From assembly GCF_036321535.1 (NCBI RefSeq), contig NC_087437.1, positions 46,750,001 through 46,814,000 of the forward strand: a DNA stretch of 64,000 nt, written 5' to 3'. Shown here piece after piece: positions 12,116 to 23,228 of this stretch; the stretch's first letter is position 1, and every line of letters starts with the position of its first letter. The DNA is from Camelus dromedarius (taxonomy: Eukaryota). A program made the position numbers and the translations under genes. The notes under the pieces were generated by a model. The model was not told the DNA's origin and searched no databases. It worked only from the letters and a program-made list of their open reading frames with translations.

Positions 12116-13009
12116 AACCAAATTTTTAACACTAAATCTTAATCCCTTTCTAATGACAAGGTGTGATTAACATTCAAGCCACTTAAAGTAAAAATAATTA
12201 AAACTTCAGCTACGTATTTGATTTGAGTAAGAAGAAAACGCTCTCTAAATATTAAGAAATCATTTGCATTGTTCAAATAAAAGTAATCGTTAACACATAC
12301 ACATTTTATAAATATTAAAAGGAATTCCTACAGCCTACCTCAGTGATGGAAAGTAATTACAATTTGCACCCATCTTTAATTCAGAATTCATATAATTCTC
12401 TTTGCCATCATCTGAGACACTCAGTTGAATTCACTTCCAGTCTCTGAGTTAAGCACATCTTTCTGTCAACACAGCCCTCGTATTCAGATAGGAATAAACC
12501 CTCCGTGTGAGCCTCTTCTTAACTCTAAGTCCAGGAAGGACATGTCTGTACAATGAGCTGCTTGGGTTGGAGAAAAATCTCCTCGACACCGTACTCTTCA
12601 TCAAAACTCACTCTGATGCCCAGTTATTAAATACACTTTTGGGATATGAAGAGCCGCGGAGAGAAAAAAAGCCTAATTTCCAGCTTGAGATCAAAGAAAC
12701 TCACTCAGCCAGAAAACAGTCAGATTGCTAGGATGATGCTTTAAAGCAATTCTCCATCTGGTCTGCTTTGGAAAGATTAGCAAATTAATCACATGGAAGT
12801 ATGAAGGAACAGAAAGTATAAAGCGATCCACAACAAAAACAAACAAAAAGACACTTTCAAACACAAAATAAAAAGTCAAAAGAATCAAGGTAATTGTAGG
12901 CAAAACTCTACCCTAAAATATCTTTTTTATATGAAATGAAAAATTTTAGAAAACAGAGGTTATCTTGTGGCAATAAAAAAAAAATGCAATGAGAATTGTG
13001 GCAAAGGCT

Positions 13010-13386
13010 AGGCTAGCACTGTTTGCCAGGTATTTTCAGTTCTCCGCTTTCTGTGTACTCTGTAGGACTGCGTTTCCACTCCTTGTACTTGGGTGGAGGC
13101 ATATAGCTAGTTGGGTCCATGAATTCTGCTCAGAAGATGCATTATTTGGGGCTCCACCATTTAAGTGACAATGACAGGCCTGGGAAAACTCATATCTTCC
13201 CCTAGCACAGAACTGACTGTGTTTGTAGATTTGTCGCTCTGAGTCCTGTGTAGCTACAAAGAGCAAGATGCCACTGACAACCCAGGATAGTCATGCGCAG
13301 TGGGCAAGAAATAAATTTTATTATTTTCAGCAACTGGAATTTTGGTGTTGGCTACCGCAGCATAAATTAGTCTATCCTAACTAATA
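13010..13386 (+). mobile_element. MaLR LTR (MLT1-type)
   Basis: Typical MLT1 3' end gggcaagaaataaattttattattttcagcaactggaatttt...ctaccgcagcataaattagtctatcctaactaata. Confidence 0.7.
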
Positions 13387-16300
13387 AGACAAACATTAAA
13401 CAATATCAAGCAATAATGAAAACAACAATTGAATGATGATCACTGTTGAATTTAGTAGTTATTAGAAATATGATATAAAACAAAATGATTAAAAACAACA
13501 GAACACACTAAAGTGCAAGACAAAAAGACAATTATGGAGGATGGAACCTGGAAACATAATTTGTGAAAAATAAGAATTACTGATAAAGACAAAAATGTAG
13601 AAAAATAATAGATTTAACTAAAAATCTCTTCAGGTATAAGAAATGAAGACTGGGGGGAAGTCTCTATGTATATTAAGAAAAATTATTAAATATAAAAAAC
13701 AACAATATGGCTTACTAAAGTCACATATTAACCAGCCAAAAAAAAAAAGCAAGCTAAAAATCTGAGATTGGGCAAAAGTTTATTAATAAAATACAAACAT
13801 TTTAAACATTAAAACAAGCTAAGTGTTTCAAAAAAGGGGAATGATTAAGTAAATTATGATGCTTCTACCTTATGCAGTCTTATTTATCCATTAAAATTAT
13901 TATTTTTGAAGTGTTAACTTGTACCATCTAATGTAAAATTTAGAAAATGAAATCCATAGATAAATGTTTCTCTATAACCAAAACATTATATAAGTGTTGC
14001 ATTTTAAATGGACAGGAAAGTATAATGAAAAAATCGTTGTGCTAGGGCTGTGGAACTAGAGATTATTACCATAATATATATTATAATAACAAACCATAGT
14101 AAACATTTAAATTAACACACCAAAACTCAAGAGAATAAAGAGGGGCCTCTTTATTCCTCGAAGACTTGATTTAAGTGAGACAGGTATTATGCCAAAGTAC
14201 TTACATTAAGTAATATCATAAAGCCTAAAATTTCATAAAAAATTATTTCCAACCTTCTTTCTGGAAAGACATATTCTATGACTTATTATTTATTCTGAAT
14301 TAGAGCAATGCAAATGTGTAAGAGCTTTTTATAATAGAAACAATCACTTTTAATGAAAAATACTTAAGTCAGATGAAAACTATTTTAATCATTTTTGCAG
14401 TATTTCTGCTACCATTATAATTAGTCTAACACATTACATTTTTTTCATTACAGGGTGGCCTAATTCCTTTTAAGAAGGTTAGCTTTGATGGTGGTGGTGT
14501 TTCTTTTTGAAGAGTAAAGCTTATCATTGAGGCAAGCTGAAACCCCAGAAAGCCTCAGAAGCTAGATGAAGACAGTGTTGTTGGACTTTCAGATCCTGAG
14601 GTTAGATACAATTTCTTCATTTGCTTTAGGCTGTTGAGTCACGTATATAAGCACTTAAAATATATGCTACTATCACAGTTACTGATAATATCTTTAATGA
14701 GCACTGAGCACATAAATCCAGTGCTGGCCAGGTACAAAGATAAATATGCTTTGGTCTAGTAGCCACAACAGATTGCAAAGGCAGCTGCATGTACCTCAAA
14801 ATAGATCACTGACTTCTAGGTCAGGGCTAAATGGCTCCTCTGCTTATGACCTAATGTGATGTACATTCAACATAATTTCCTTTTATTGAAAAAAAAATAC
14901 ATTATGAATAAACACATTATGTGATGGAAGGAAATGCACTAAAATTTAAATGTGGCTATTACTGGGAAGTGACTTACTTTCTTCATTTGTTTTACCGGTT
15001 TTCTGTAACAGCTATAAAAGCATGAATTACTTTTGTTATAAAAAATTAAAGTTGGGCTCCACAAAAAGTCAACTTAAAAAAAGAAAAGAAAGTTGTCAGT
15101 TTTATTTTTTAGAATTTATTTTACGTAATTTTACTGAATATATACGTATATATACAGTGTAATTTCTCATTCCAGATTGTGGGACTAGTCTTTCTAAATA
15201 AATCATTTTTATACGTAAAGTACTTTGCTAGGATTAACACTCCTGTGGCACGCCCATGCCCCTCCCCACCTTGGTCTGGTTTCTTAGACTGTTTGATGTT
15301 TCATTATATCACAGGAGGGCTGGTGAGCAAAACTATGTAGGTAGAATCCTTCACTAAATTTTATCTCCTTTCAGATATGCTGCTCAGATATACTCTCATT
15401 GGTTCTCTACCCCCTGCAGTCATCTTCAAGGACTTCGGATTGACCTCTTCCTCCGTGAATATGGAAAATTTATTTCAGATCACACTCTTGTCATTTTCAG
15501 TGATTTTAATGAATTACGAAAGTCAGATCTTGTAAGACTCCTCCACCCACATCTTCCCCCAGGTCCCCACACTTTGCATTTCCCATTGCCTATGGGCCTG
15601 AAGTTTCATTCATTTGAAAACTATTCTTGGAAAGATCTCCCCTCCTCCAGCTGTTAATCTGTCATTAATGGACCATAAGTCATTCAGATATACTGCACTA
15701 TTATGCAACCTCAACAGAGTGGAAAAAATCATTTGCTTTACTGTCAAAGTAAAAACTTCTATCTTCTTTGACAGTTTTATTCAGAAAACCTCAGCTTTAT
15801 TTTAATTTGATTCTAATGATGGTTTTCAGAAAATGATTTGAGTAAGTAAAAGTTTAGTGCAATGACAGCTGTCATGATTTCTGTGGTGGTTTCTTTCAAG
15901 GAGTATTTATTGAAAAGATGCATTTCAAACACAGTGCATCATTTTTGGCACAATGGATGGGAAGTTAATTATTCAGAGCTGGTAATGTGGTAGTATTTAC
16001 TCAGTCGGGAATTTAAATGAAGAAGGCCCATTTGTTTTATCTCCTCTCTTTCCTAGCTAGAACTTCCCTGAGCAAAACTTAGATCCACAGATATCCCCAT
16101 AGCTTTGAACTTAGAGCCATTGTTGATTGTCCTTACAAGGTGAAATGACCTTCACATTTTCTATTCATAAAAATAATGACCTGAAATGCATTCAGGATGC
16201 AGTGGACTAATGAAATAGCTTTTTGCTCCATTTTCACTCTAAACTGCTGTGTTGAAACTAAGGGTAAAGGTATATATAACTATCTATTATATTTGGGAAG

Positions 16301-16906
16301 TACATTAACTGAGTTAAGCTTAATTATGGCTCTCCCTACATTTTCAAACTGATTTTCATTTAGTGGAGGAATATTAACCACATTTGACTCTACAAATCTG
16401 TAATGAATTTATGCTTGTTTGATAGTGGTTAAAATACAAAGACCAAAACCTATATTCTGAAAAGAATTTTATTTGGAAATATTTACATCAGCTATTCACA
16501 AAGCCATATGACCAGCTAAAATCTACGTTAGCCCAAATAATGGACTATCTAACGGCAGTTCATTTGGTTGTCAGTCATTTTGCTGTAGCATATCTTGCTT
16601 CATGGAAATAAGGACAGCGATAGCTGGGGGAGCAAAGCTATGATATGTGCACATTTTTAGTCTTAAGAGATCTATGTATGAGCGAGCTAAAAATCTGTCC
16701 TCTTACAGCAGCTAAATTAATAACACTTTAAATGATTTCAAGACTGCCTTGTGGTTTTAAAGAAACAACTAACAAAGATTAGCTCAGGAACGAACATTTA
16801 ATACAAAGTCCAAGGTGGAGTTTTTCTCGCAAAGCTTATTTTCTTTCAGAACTGCAAAGCTATGAAACAGATAACAAGTAAAATACCAGTCATAGAGGAA
16901 TAGCTC

Positions 16907-16999
16907 TTTTTTTTTTTTAAATTGAAGTATATATAGTCAGTTACAATGTGTCCATTTCTTGGGTACAGCATAATGTCCCAGTCATACACATATATACAC
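16907..16999 (-). mobile_element. Very short 5'-truncated L1 3' tail (lineage-specific) with TSD
   Basis: T12 at 16907-16918 followed by antisense L1 tail (ATGACTGGGACATTATGCTGTACCCAAGAAATGGACACATTGTAACTGACTAT...CTTCAATTT-polyA). TSD GAGGAATAGCTCTTTT at 16895-16910 and 17048-17063. A homologous tail is at ~30597-30640. Confidence 0.8.
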
Positions 17000-18684
17000 A
17001 AACAAAACAAACAAAAGAGCTATTCTTCATTATTAATAACCTTTAATGAGGAATAGCTCTTTTGTTTTGTTTGTTTACCCGGATGGAGGCAAGGTGAGTG
17101 ATGGCTGCTGTGGACCTGCTGAAGAGGATGCCTTGCAAAGGAACATCTTCCCATATTATAGAGAAGATTTGTTTCAAATAGTTACTTGTGGTAATGCATT
17201 GTCTCTGGGGAAGTTGACATATTCCAATAAAAGATGACTCTAACATTAAGTTCTGTATTTTGCAATTTCATTATTAGGAATAAAGTGAAAGGGGAAAAAA
17301 CTTCTTTCCTTTTCTTTCTTTTATTATTTTTTCCAGATTGCATCATTATGCTAAATTCCCCAGCCCTCACTGAGGAAAAAACACATTAGTGAGAGGATTA
17401 TGTTCCCATTCCCCCCTAATTATTTTAAACTGAAAAGTTCAAATCAAACAAGGAAGCTTTTTCTAAATCTGAAAATGTTTCCAGTCTAAAGATCTAAAGG
17501 CCGTAATAGTTTATAAGCGCTGCCTGCATAATTTAGGCAGGATGGTACACGCAGCTTTGAGAAATTTTAAGCCATGCTTTCTAGACAGCATTAGCTTTTA
17601 TCCTCACTAGATGAAATCTTATAATACGTTATTGAATTGCTTCATTGTATTTAAACAAAAAAAATACAGATTTAGCCAATGTTTAAAAGGACATTAATTT
17701 CACCATAGTTAAGAAAAGATAATTCATTACTTAACAAAACGTTGTGCATTCGACAACCATCTAATTATTGTAGATAAATATTTTGTTAATTAACAAAAGT
17801 GGAAGTTTTCTTAGCAAAAAATCTAATGGGTGGGGTGGTCTTCCATCAGAATAATCCTGAAAAAGGGGTATTCTGATGTTGGCAATAATTTGTATGCTTT
17901 TTTTGTTCAGCTGCTTATATTTAATATCTTTTTGTCTATTTAGATTGAGTGCCGACAGTTTATCGTTGCACCAAATGTCCCTCCTCTACAAGAAGGGTGG
18001 GCCCCCAGAAATCGGACCTCTGGACCTCATTAGCAAACATCAGATGGAGTGAGAGGGAAGAAGGAGAATCATTCCTTCTCATGCACAGGCATGGCGATGT
18101 TACCCAGCTGTGGTCCACCCAGACATCACAACAGACACACCACTTCCCAGCTGAGCACTTCCAGGGTCAGAGCCAGCAGACATATGAAAGAGAAGTACTT
18201 GTTACCCATCCAGACCGTCAGGATCGATTCTGTATCCACATACACAGTAATCTCAAGCAATCATGTTGTTTTGATTCATTCTGGGGGTACTTTTTAACAT
18301 TACTTAGGGGTCTTGAGAGGCTGTTTAAATACTTACAGATTTTTCAGTCCCATTTGCCTTTGTGATTTTTCAGAATTTGTTTTCAATTAGTTTGAAGAGT
18401 GAAAATCTGGCTTTGAATTTATGCAAGCTTGAAGAGACTACTCAGCTGTTCATTGCCAATGCATATACTTTTTAAAACCACAAAACAAAAGGGCTTGTTG
18501 GAAGAAGCACTTTTAAATAAACAGATTATTTTCAATGTATAAATAAAACTGCTTGGAATAATCTCCTTGAGGTAATGCAGTTTTTTTTCCAGTCTTGGTA
18601 ATTCTCTGCTCTACCCTAAAGAGACATTAGCTTTCTTTTTCAAAGTTAGACCAACATGAAGAAATATGACAAAAATTATCATAA

Positions 18685-18850
18685 TTTATTTAACAGGCAC
18701 TGTATATACATGACTTAATTTACTTCTAATAACAAATGTATGACATTACTTTTTATCTCTGTTTTACAGATCAAGAAACTGAGTCTTAAAGAAAGATTTG
18801 ATGGAAGTTTCCCTGGCTCCAAAGCCTGAGCTTCTAAAGAATCTACTCCA
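18685..18850 (-). mobile_element. MIR SINE
   Basis: tatctctgttttacagatcaagaaactgagtcttaaag is reverse-complement MIR core. Confidence 0.65.
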
Positions 18851-18994
18851 CAACGTTTGAATACAAAGAAATATTGTGCTAAATGAAGAGGCCCCTCCAT
18901 CACTTCCTCCCCAACCTCTCTGCATGCCTGGTGACAGATGTAGCACTTTTGATTTCTTTTTCAATTTGCTCCTTAAACAGGTGACAATACCACA

Positions 18995-19235
18995 TCATGA
19001 TTAAGAACATGGTGCTTGGAGTTTGACTAACCCTGGGTTTGGATTCCAGCTCTTTTGACTGGCTCTGACCTTGGGTGAGTCACTTAATTTTTCTAAGCTT
19101 CAATCTCTTGGTGTATGGAAAAGGGAATGACAGTTCTTGTCTCACAAGGTTGTTTTAAAGGTTAGTAAGTTAATATATGCAAAGCATTTAGCACAGTGCC
19201 TTACACATGATTAGCTTTGAATAAATGGTAGCCAG
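18995..19235 (+). mobile_element. MIR SINE, near full length
   Basis: ttaagaacatggtgcttggagtttgactaaccctgggtttggattccagctct...tgaccttgggtgagtcacttaa...aaagcatttagcacagtgcc...aataaatggtagc. Confidence 0.85.
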
Positions 19236-19259
19236 TTTTTTTTTTTAATTCAATATAAT

Positions 19260-19710
19260 TTTAAATGCTGGTGTTTCCTATGACTCAAATATTACCCTTT
19301 TTCTCCTGTCACTGCAGTTACTATGTATTTCCCATGTTTAATCTGGAACTTGCATTCAAAACCTTTATCAATGCCAAGAGGGTAGCCCTACATGGATGAA
19401 CAAAGGTACTCAAATTCAACATGCCCAGAACTGAACCCAGTAAACCTGGGTTCAGTCAGACCCACAATCCATCCACCCAAGGGTCCAAGACCTGGCAGTC
19501 ACCGAAGATTCCTCACTATGTTCACCCTCCATCCATGACCAGTCTTCCTATTGACTCTACCTTCAAATGCTCAATTATGTTATCACCACTGCCACAACCT
19601 TGGGTCAGACACCAAACTTCTTTATTCTGCCATAGTATTTCTTCTTGACTGGAATCCCTGCCTCAGATATCACCTGACTTCATTCCTTTGTCCACTCTGC
19701 TATAAGACAG
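19260..19710 (+). mobile_element. L2 LINE fragment
   Basis: ctcaaattcaacatgcccagaactgaac...atccatccacccaagg...cttcctattgactctaccttcaaatg are L2-type motifs. Confidence 0.55.
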
Positions 19711-19928
19711 AGTATCTAATTCTGTTACTCTTTCTGGTAATGGCTCTCCTTTCTCCTGTGGTTGCACACATTTTATGGAACATAGAAGTATTCACTGGGA
19801 GCTAAGAAGAAAATATTCCTTTTCTTTTTCTTTTTTTGAATTTTATTCTGTTTAACAATTATTTTTGTATAAGTTTAGAAGGTATATGTTTTATAATGTG
19901 CATGATATAGTGGTAAAGTAGTACACAT

Positions 19929-20330
19929 GAGTGACTGTTAATTTTCTGTGTCTCCTTGGCTAGGCCATGGTACCCAGATATTTGATCAAATATGTCTAGA
20001 TGTCACTGAGAAGATACTATTTTTTTGGATAAAATTAACATCTAAATCAGTAGATTTACAGTAAAGCGGATTACCCTCTGTAATGTGGGTAGTCTTCATC
20101 CAATCAGCTGAAAGCTTTAAGAAAAAAACTGACCTCTCCCGAAGGAGAGAGAATTCTGGCAGCAGACTGCTGCAACCTCAGATCTTGGCAGAGTATCTAG
20201 CCTGCCAGTCTTTCCTGCAGTTTGGACTTGACAGGTTCTGCAGTCATATGAGTCAATTCCTTTAAATCTCTCTCTCTCATATGTGCATATCCTTTTTGTT
20301 CTGTCTCTCTAGAGAACCCTGACTGCTACA
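19929..20330 (+). mobile_element. ERVL solo LTR (MLT2-type)
   Basis: gttaattttctgtgtctccttggctaggccatggtacccagatatttgatcaaa...gattaccctctgtaatgtgggt...catccaatcagctgaa...gttctgtctctctagagaaccctgactgctaca matches the remembered MLT2 consensus. Confidence 0.85.
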
Positions 20331-20373
20331 ATATTACTTAAAATCTATATAATATGCTTGAAATTTTCAATAA

Positions 20374-21583
20374 CCAATGTTGTTAAGCTTTTTTTCCTAT
20401 TTTTTTCTAGGTGTTTTAGAGTTTTAGATCTTCCATTTAAGTCATTAATCCATAATCCATTTTGAGTTGCTTTTTGTGTATGGTGTAAAATAGGGTCCAG
20501 TTTCACTCTTCTGCATGTAGATTTCCAGGTTTCCAACACCATTTGTTGAAGAAACTGTCTTTTCCCCATTTTGTATTATTGGTACTCTTATCAAAGATCA
20601 GTTAACCACATACGCATGTATTTATTTCTGGCTCTCTATTCAGTTCCATTGGTCTGTATGTCTGTCTTTATGCCAGGATCATACTGCTTTTATTACTGTA
20701 CCTTTGTAATATATTTTGAAATAAGGAAATGTGATACCTCCAGCTTTATTCTTCTTTTTCAGGATTCTTTGAGCTATTCATTGTACTTTGTGGTTTCACA
20801 TAGCTTTAGAAACACATTTTCTATTTCTGTAAAAATGCCATTAGGATTTTGATGGGGAATGCATTGAATTTATAGATTGCTTTGGGTGGTATGGACATTT
20901 TAACTATATTAAATATTCCAAACCATGAACTCAGGACAGCTTTCCAATTGTTTATGTCTTCTTTGATTTATTTTATCAATGTTTTGTACTTTTCAGTGTT
21001 TCCATAGTTGTTTATTTTTAAGTAATTTATCTTTTTGGTGCTATTGTAAATGCAGTTTTTCTCCTAATTTTCTTTTTAAGATAGTTTGCTGTTAATATAT
21101 AGAAAAGTGATAGATTTTCATATATTGATTTTGTATCTTGCAACTTTACTGTATTTGTTTATTAGTTTTTAACAGTTTTCTTACAGAGTCTTTAGGGCTT
21201 TCTATATATAAGATTGCATTGCCTACAAAGAGGGAAAATTTTGTTTCTTCCTTTCCAATTTGGAGCCTTTTAACAAAGTTTCCTGCCTAATTGCTCTGGC
21301 TAGGACTTCCAGTACTATGTTGAATACAAGTGGGCATCCATCCCTTCTTCCTAAGCTTACAGAAAAACTCCCAATTTTTTGTCATTGAGTCTGATGTTAA
21401 CTGTGGGCTTTTCATATATGGGCTTTATTATGCTGAAGCACTTGTTTTCTCTTCCTGGATTGTTGAGAGTTTTTATCATGAAAGAGTGTTAAATTTTGTC
21501 AAATGCTTTTTTCTACATCTATTAGGATGATCATGTGATTTTTTTATTGTTTATTCTGTTAATATTATGTGGTATAATCACAT
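20374..21583 (-). mobile_element. Inverted 5' segment of a twin-primed L1 (ORF2 remnant)
   Basis: Minus-strand ORF2-like peptide [12 protein letters not shown]...WINDLN...KTLKHLEKN, with antisense RT-region sequence further right. Confidence 0.85.
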
Positions 21584-23228
21584 AACATTGGGCTTAGCAT
21601 TGATTTAATGACTATGACACAGAAACTCCAGGCAACAAAAGCAAAAATAAACAAGTGGTACCACATCAAGCTAAAAAGTTTCTGCACAGCAAAGGAAACA
21701 GTCAACAGAGTGAAAAGACAAAATACAGAATAGGAGAAAATATTTGCAAACCATATACATGATAAGAAATTAATCTCTAAATTATTTAAGGAACTCCTAC
21801 AACTCAATAGCAAAAAAAAAAAAAAAGAAAAACCCAAACCTAATAACCTGATTTAAAAATGAGCTAAAACTTGAGTAGACGTTTCTCCAAATACTTATAG
21901 TTAATCAGTATATAGAAAAAAATGCTCAATGTCACTAATCATCAGGGAAATGTAAATTAAAACCACAATGAGCTATCATCTCACACCTGACAGGATGGCT
22001 ATTATGTTAAAAAAAAAAAAAAGATAACAAATGCTGATAAGGATGCAGAAAAATCGGAACTCTTGTATACTTTGGTAGAAATGCAAGATGGTGCAGCTGC
22101 TATGAAAAACAGTATGGGGGTTCCTTAGATAATTAAAAAATAGAATTACTGTAATAGAGGAGAACAAATCTGACTCCATATTGGATCTATTCCTTTAGTT
22201 TTAACCATTGTGCCCTGCTTTCTAGGCTTAGTCTTGCTAGCTCTGCACCTTTTGTTAAACAATGTTGCCTTTAGCCTGGAATATACAGGAGAGCCTATTC
22301 TCAGGGCTCTGACCTTTAAGGATGTTAGCACTTCTGCACTTATGTAGAGATGGCAAGTTGCAAAATAGAGAATAACCTTTGTTTTGTTGGAGATTTACAG
22401 GGACACCATGGCCTGACCCACATGGACGGCTACAAAAACAAAGAATTTCTAGAGCAAGAAGTTTGCAACAACAAACAACGTCCCCTCACCTGTTTTTTTG
22501 TATAAAAGGAGCCTGTATTCTGACTGGAGCAGGATGGTTCTCCAAGACATTAGTCTTCCATCCTCTCGGTCTGCCAGCTTTCTGAATAAAGTCCCTATTC
22601 CTTGCCCCAACACCTCATCTCCCGATTTATTGGTCTGTTGTGTGGAGAACAGAACGAGTTTGGACTTAGTAACATTACCATATAATGTTACCATATAATA
22701 CCATATAAAATGAGCAATCTCATTTCTGGGTATTATCCGAAAGAATTAAATTAGGATCTTGAGATATTATCACTTCATGTTAATAGCCAAAATGTGGAGC
22801 CAACATAAATGTCCATCAATAGATGAATGGATGAAATGTGGCATGTACATACAATAAAATATTTTTTCAGCCTTAAAAAAGAAGGAAATTCTCAATATGT
22901 AACAACATGGGTGAACATTATGCTAACTGAAATAAGCCAATCACAGAAAGACAAATAGTTTATGATTCCACTTATATGAAGTATCTAAAATAGTCATATT
23001 CATACCATTCAAGAGTGGAACAGTGGTTCCAGGGGCTGAGGGAGGGGGAAATGAGGATTACTAATTAACACAAAGTTTCTGTTAAGCAAAAGAATAAACT
23101 CTAGAGATCTGTTGTACAACACTGTACCTACAGTCAGCAATACTGTATTGTACACTTAAAGGTTTATTAAGAGAGTAGATCTCATGCTGTGTTCTTACAA
23201 CAATAAAATACCATATAAAAAAATAAAA
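21584..23228 (+). mobile_element. Non-inverted 3' segment of the same L1 (ORF2 C-terminus + 3'UTR + A tail), interrupted by an LTR
   Basis: Translates to ...[24 protein letters not shown]...; 3'UTR ends aataaaataccatataaaaaaataaaa. Confidence 0.85.
22150..22674 (+). mobile_element. ERV1-class solo LTR (525 bp) nested in L1
   Basis: TG...CA termini (TGTAATAGAG...AGTAACA), 4-bp TSD TTAC at 22146-22149 and 22675-22678, TATAAAA at 22501, AATAAA at ~22585. L1 sequence resumes on both sides. Confidence 0.9.

Noticed and set aside
17949..18365. 138-aa ORF as a CDS
   Set aside because: GTG start, no recognisable homology and no convincing donor; not supportable as coding.
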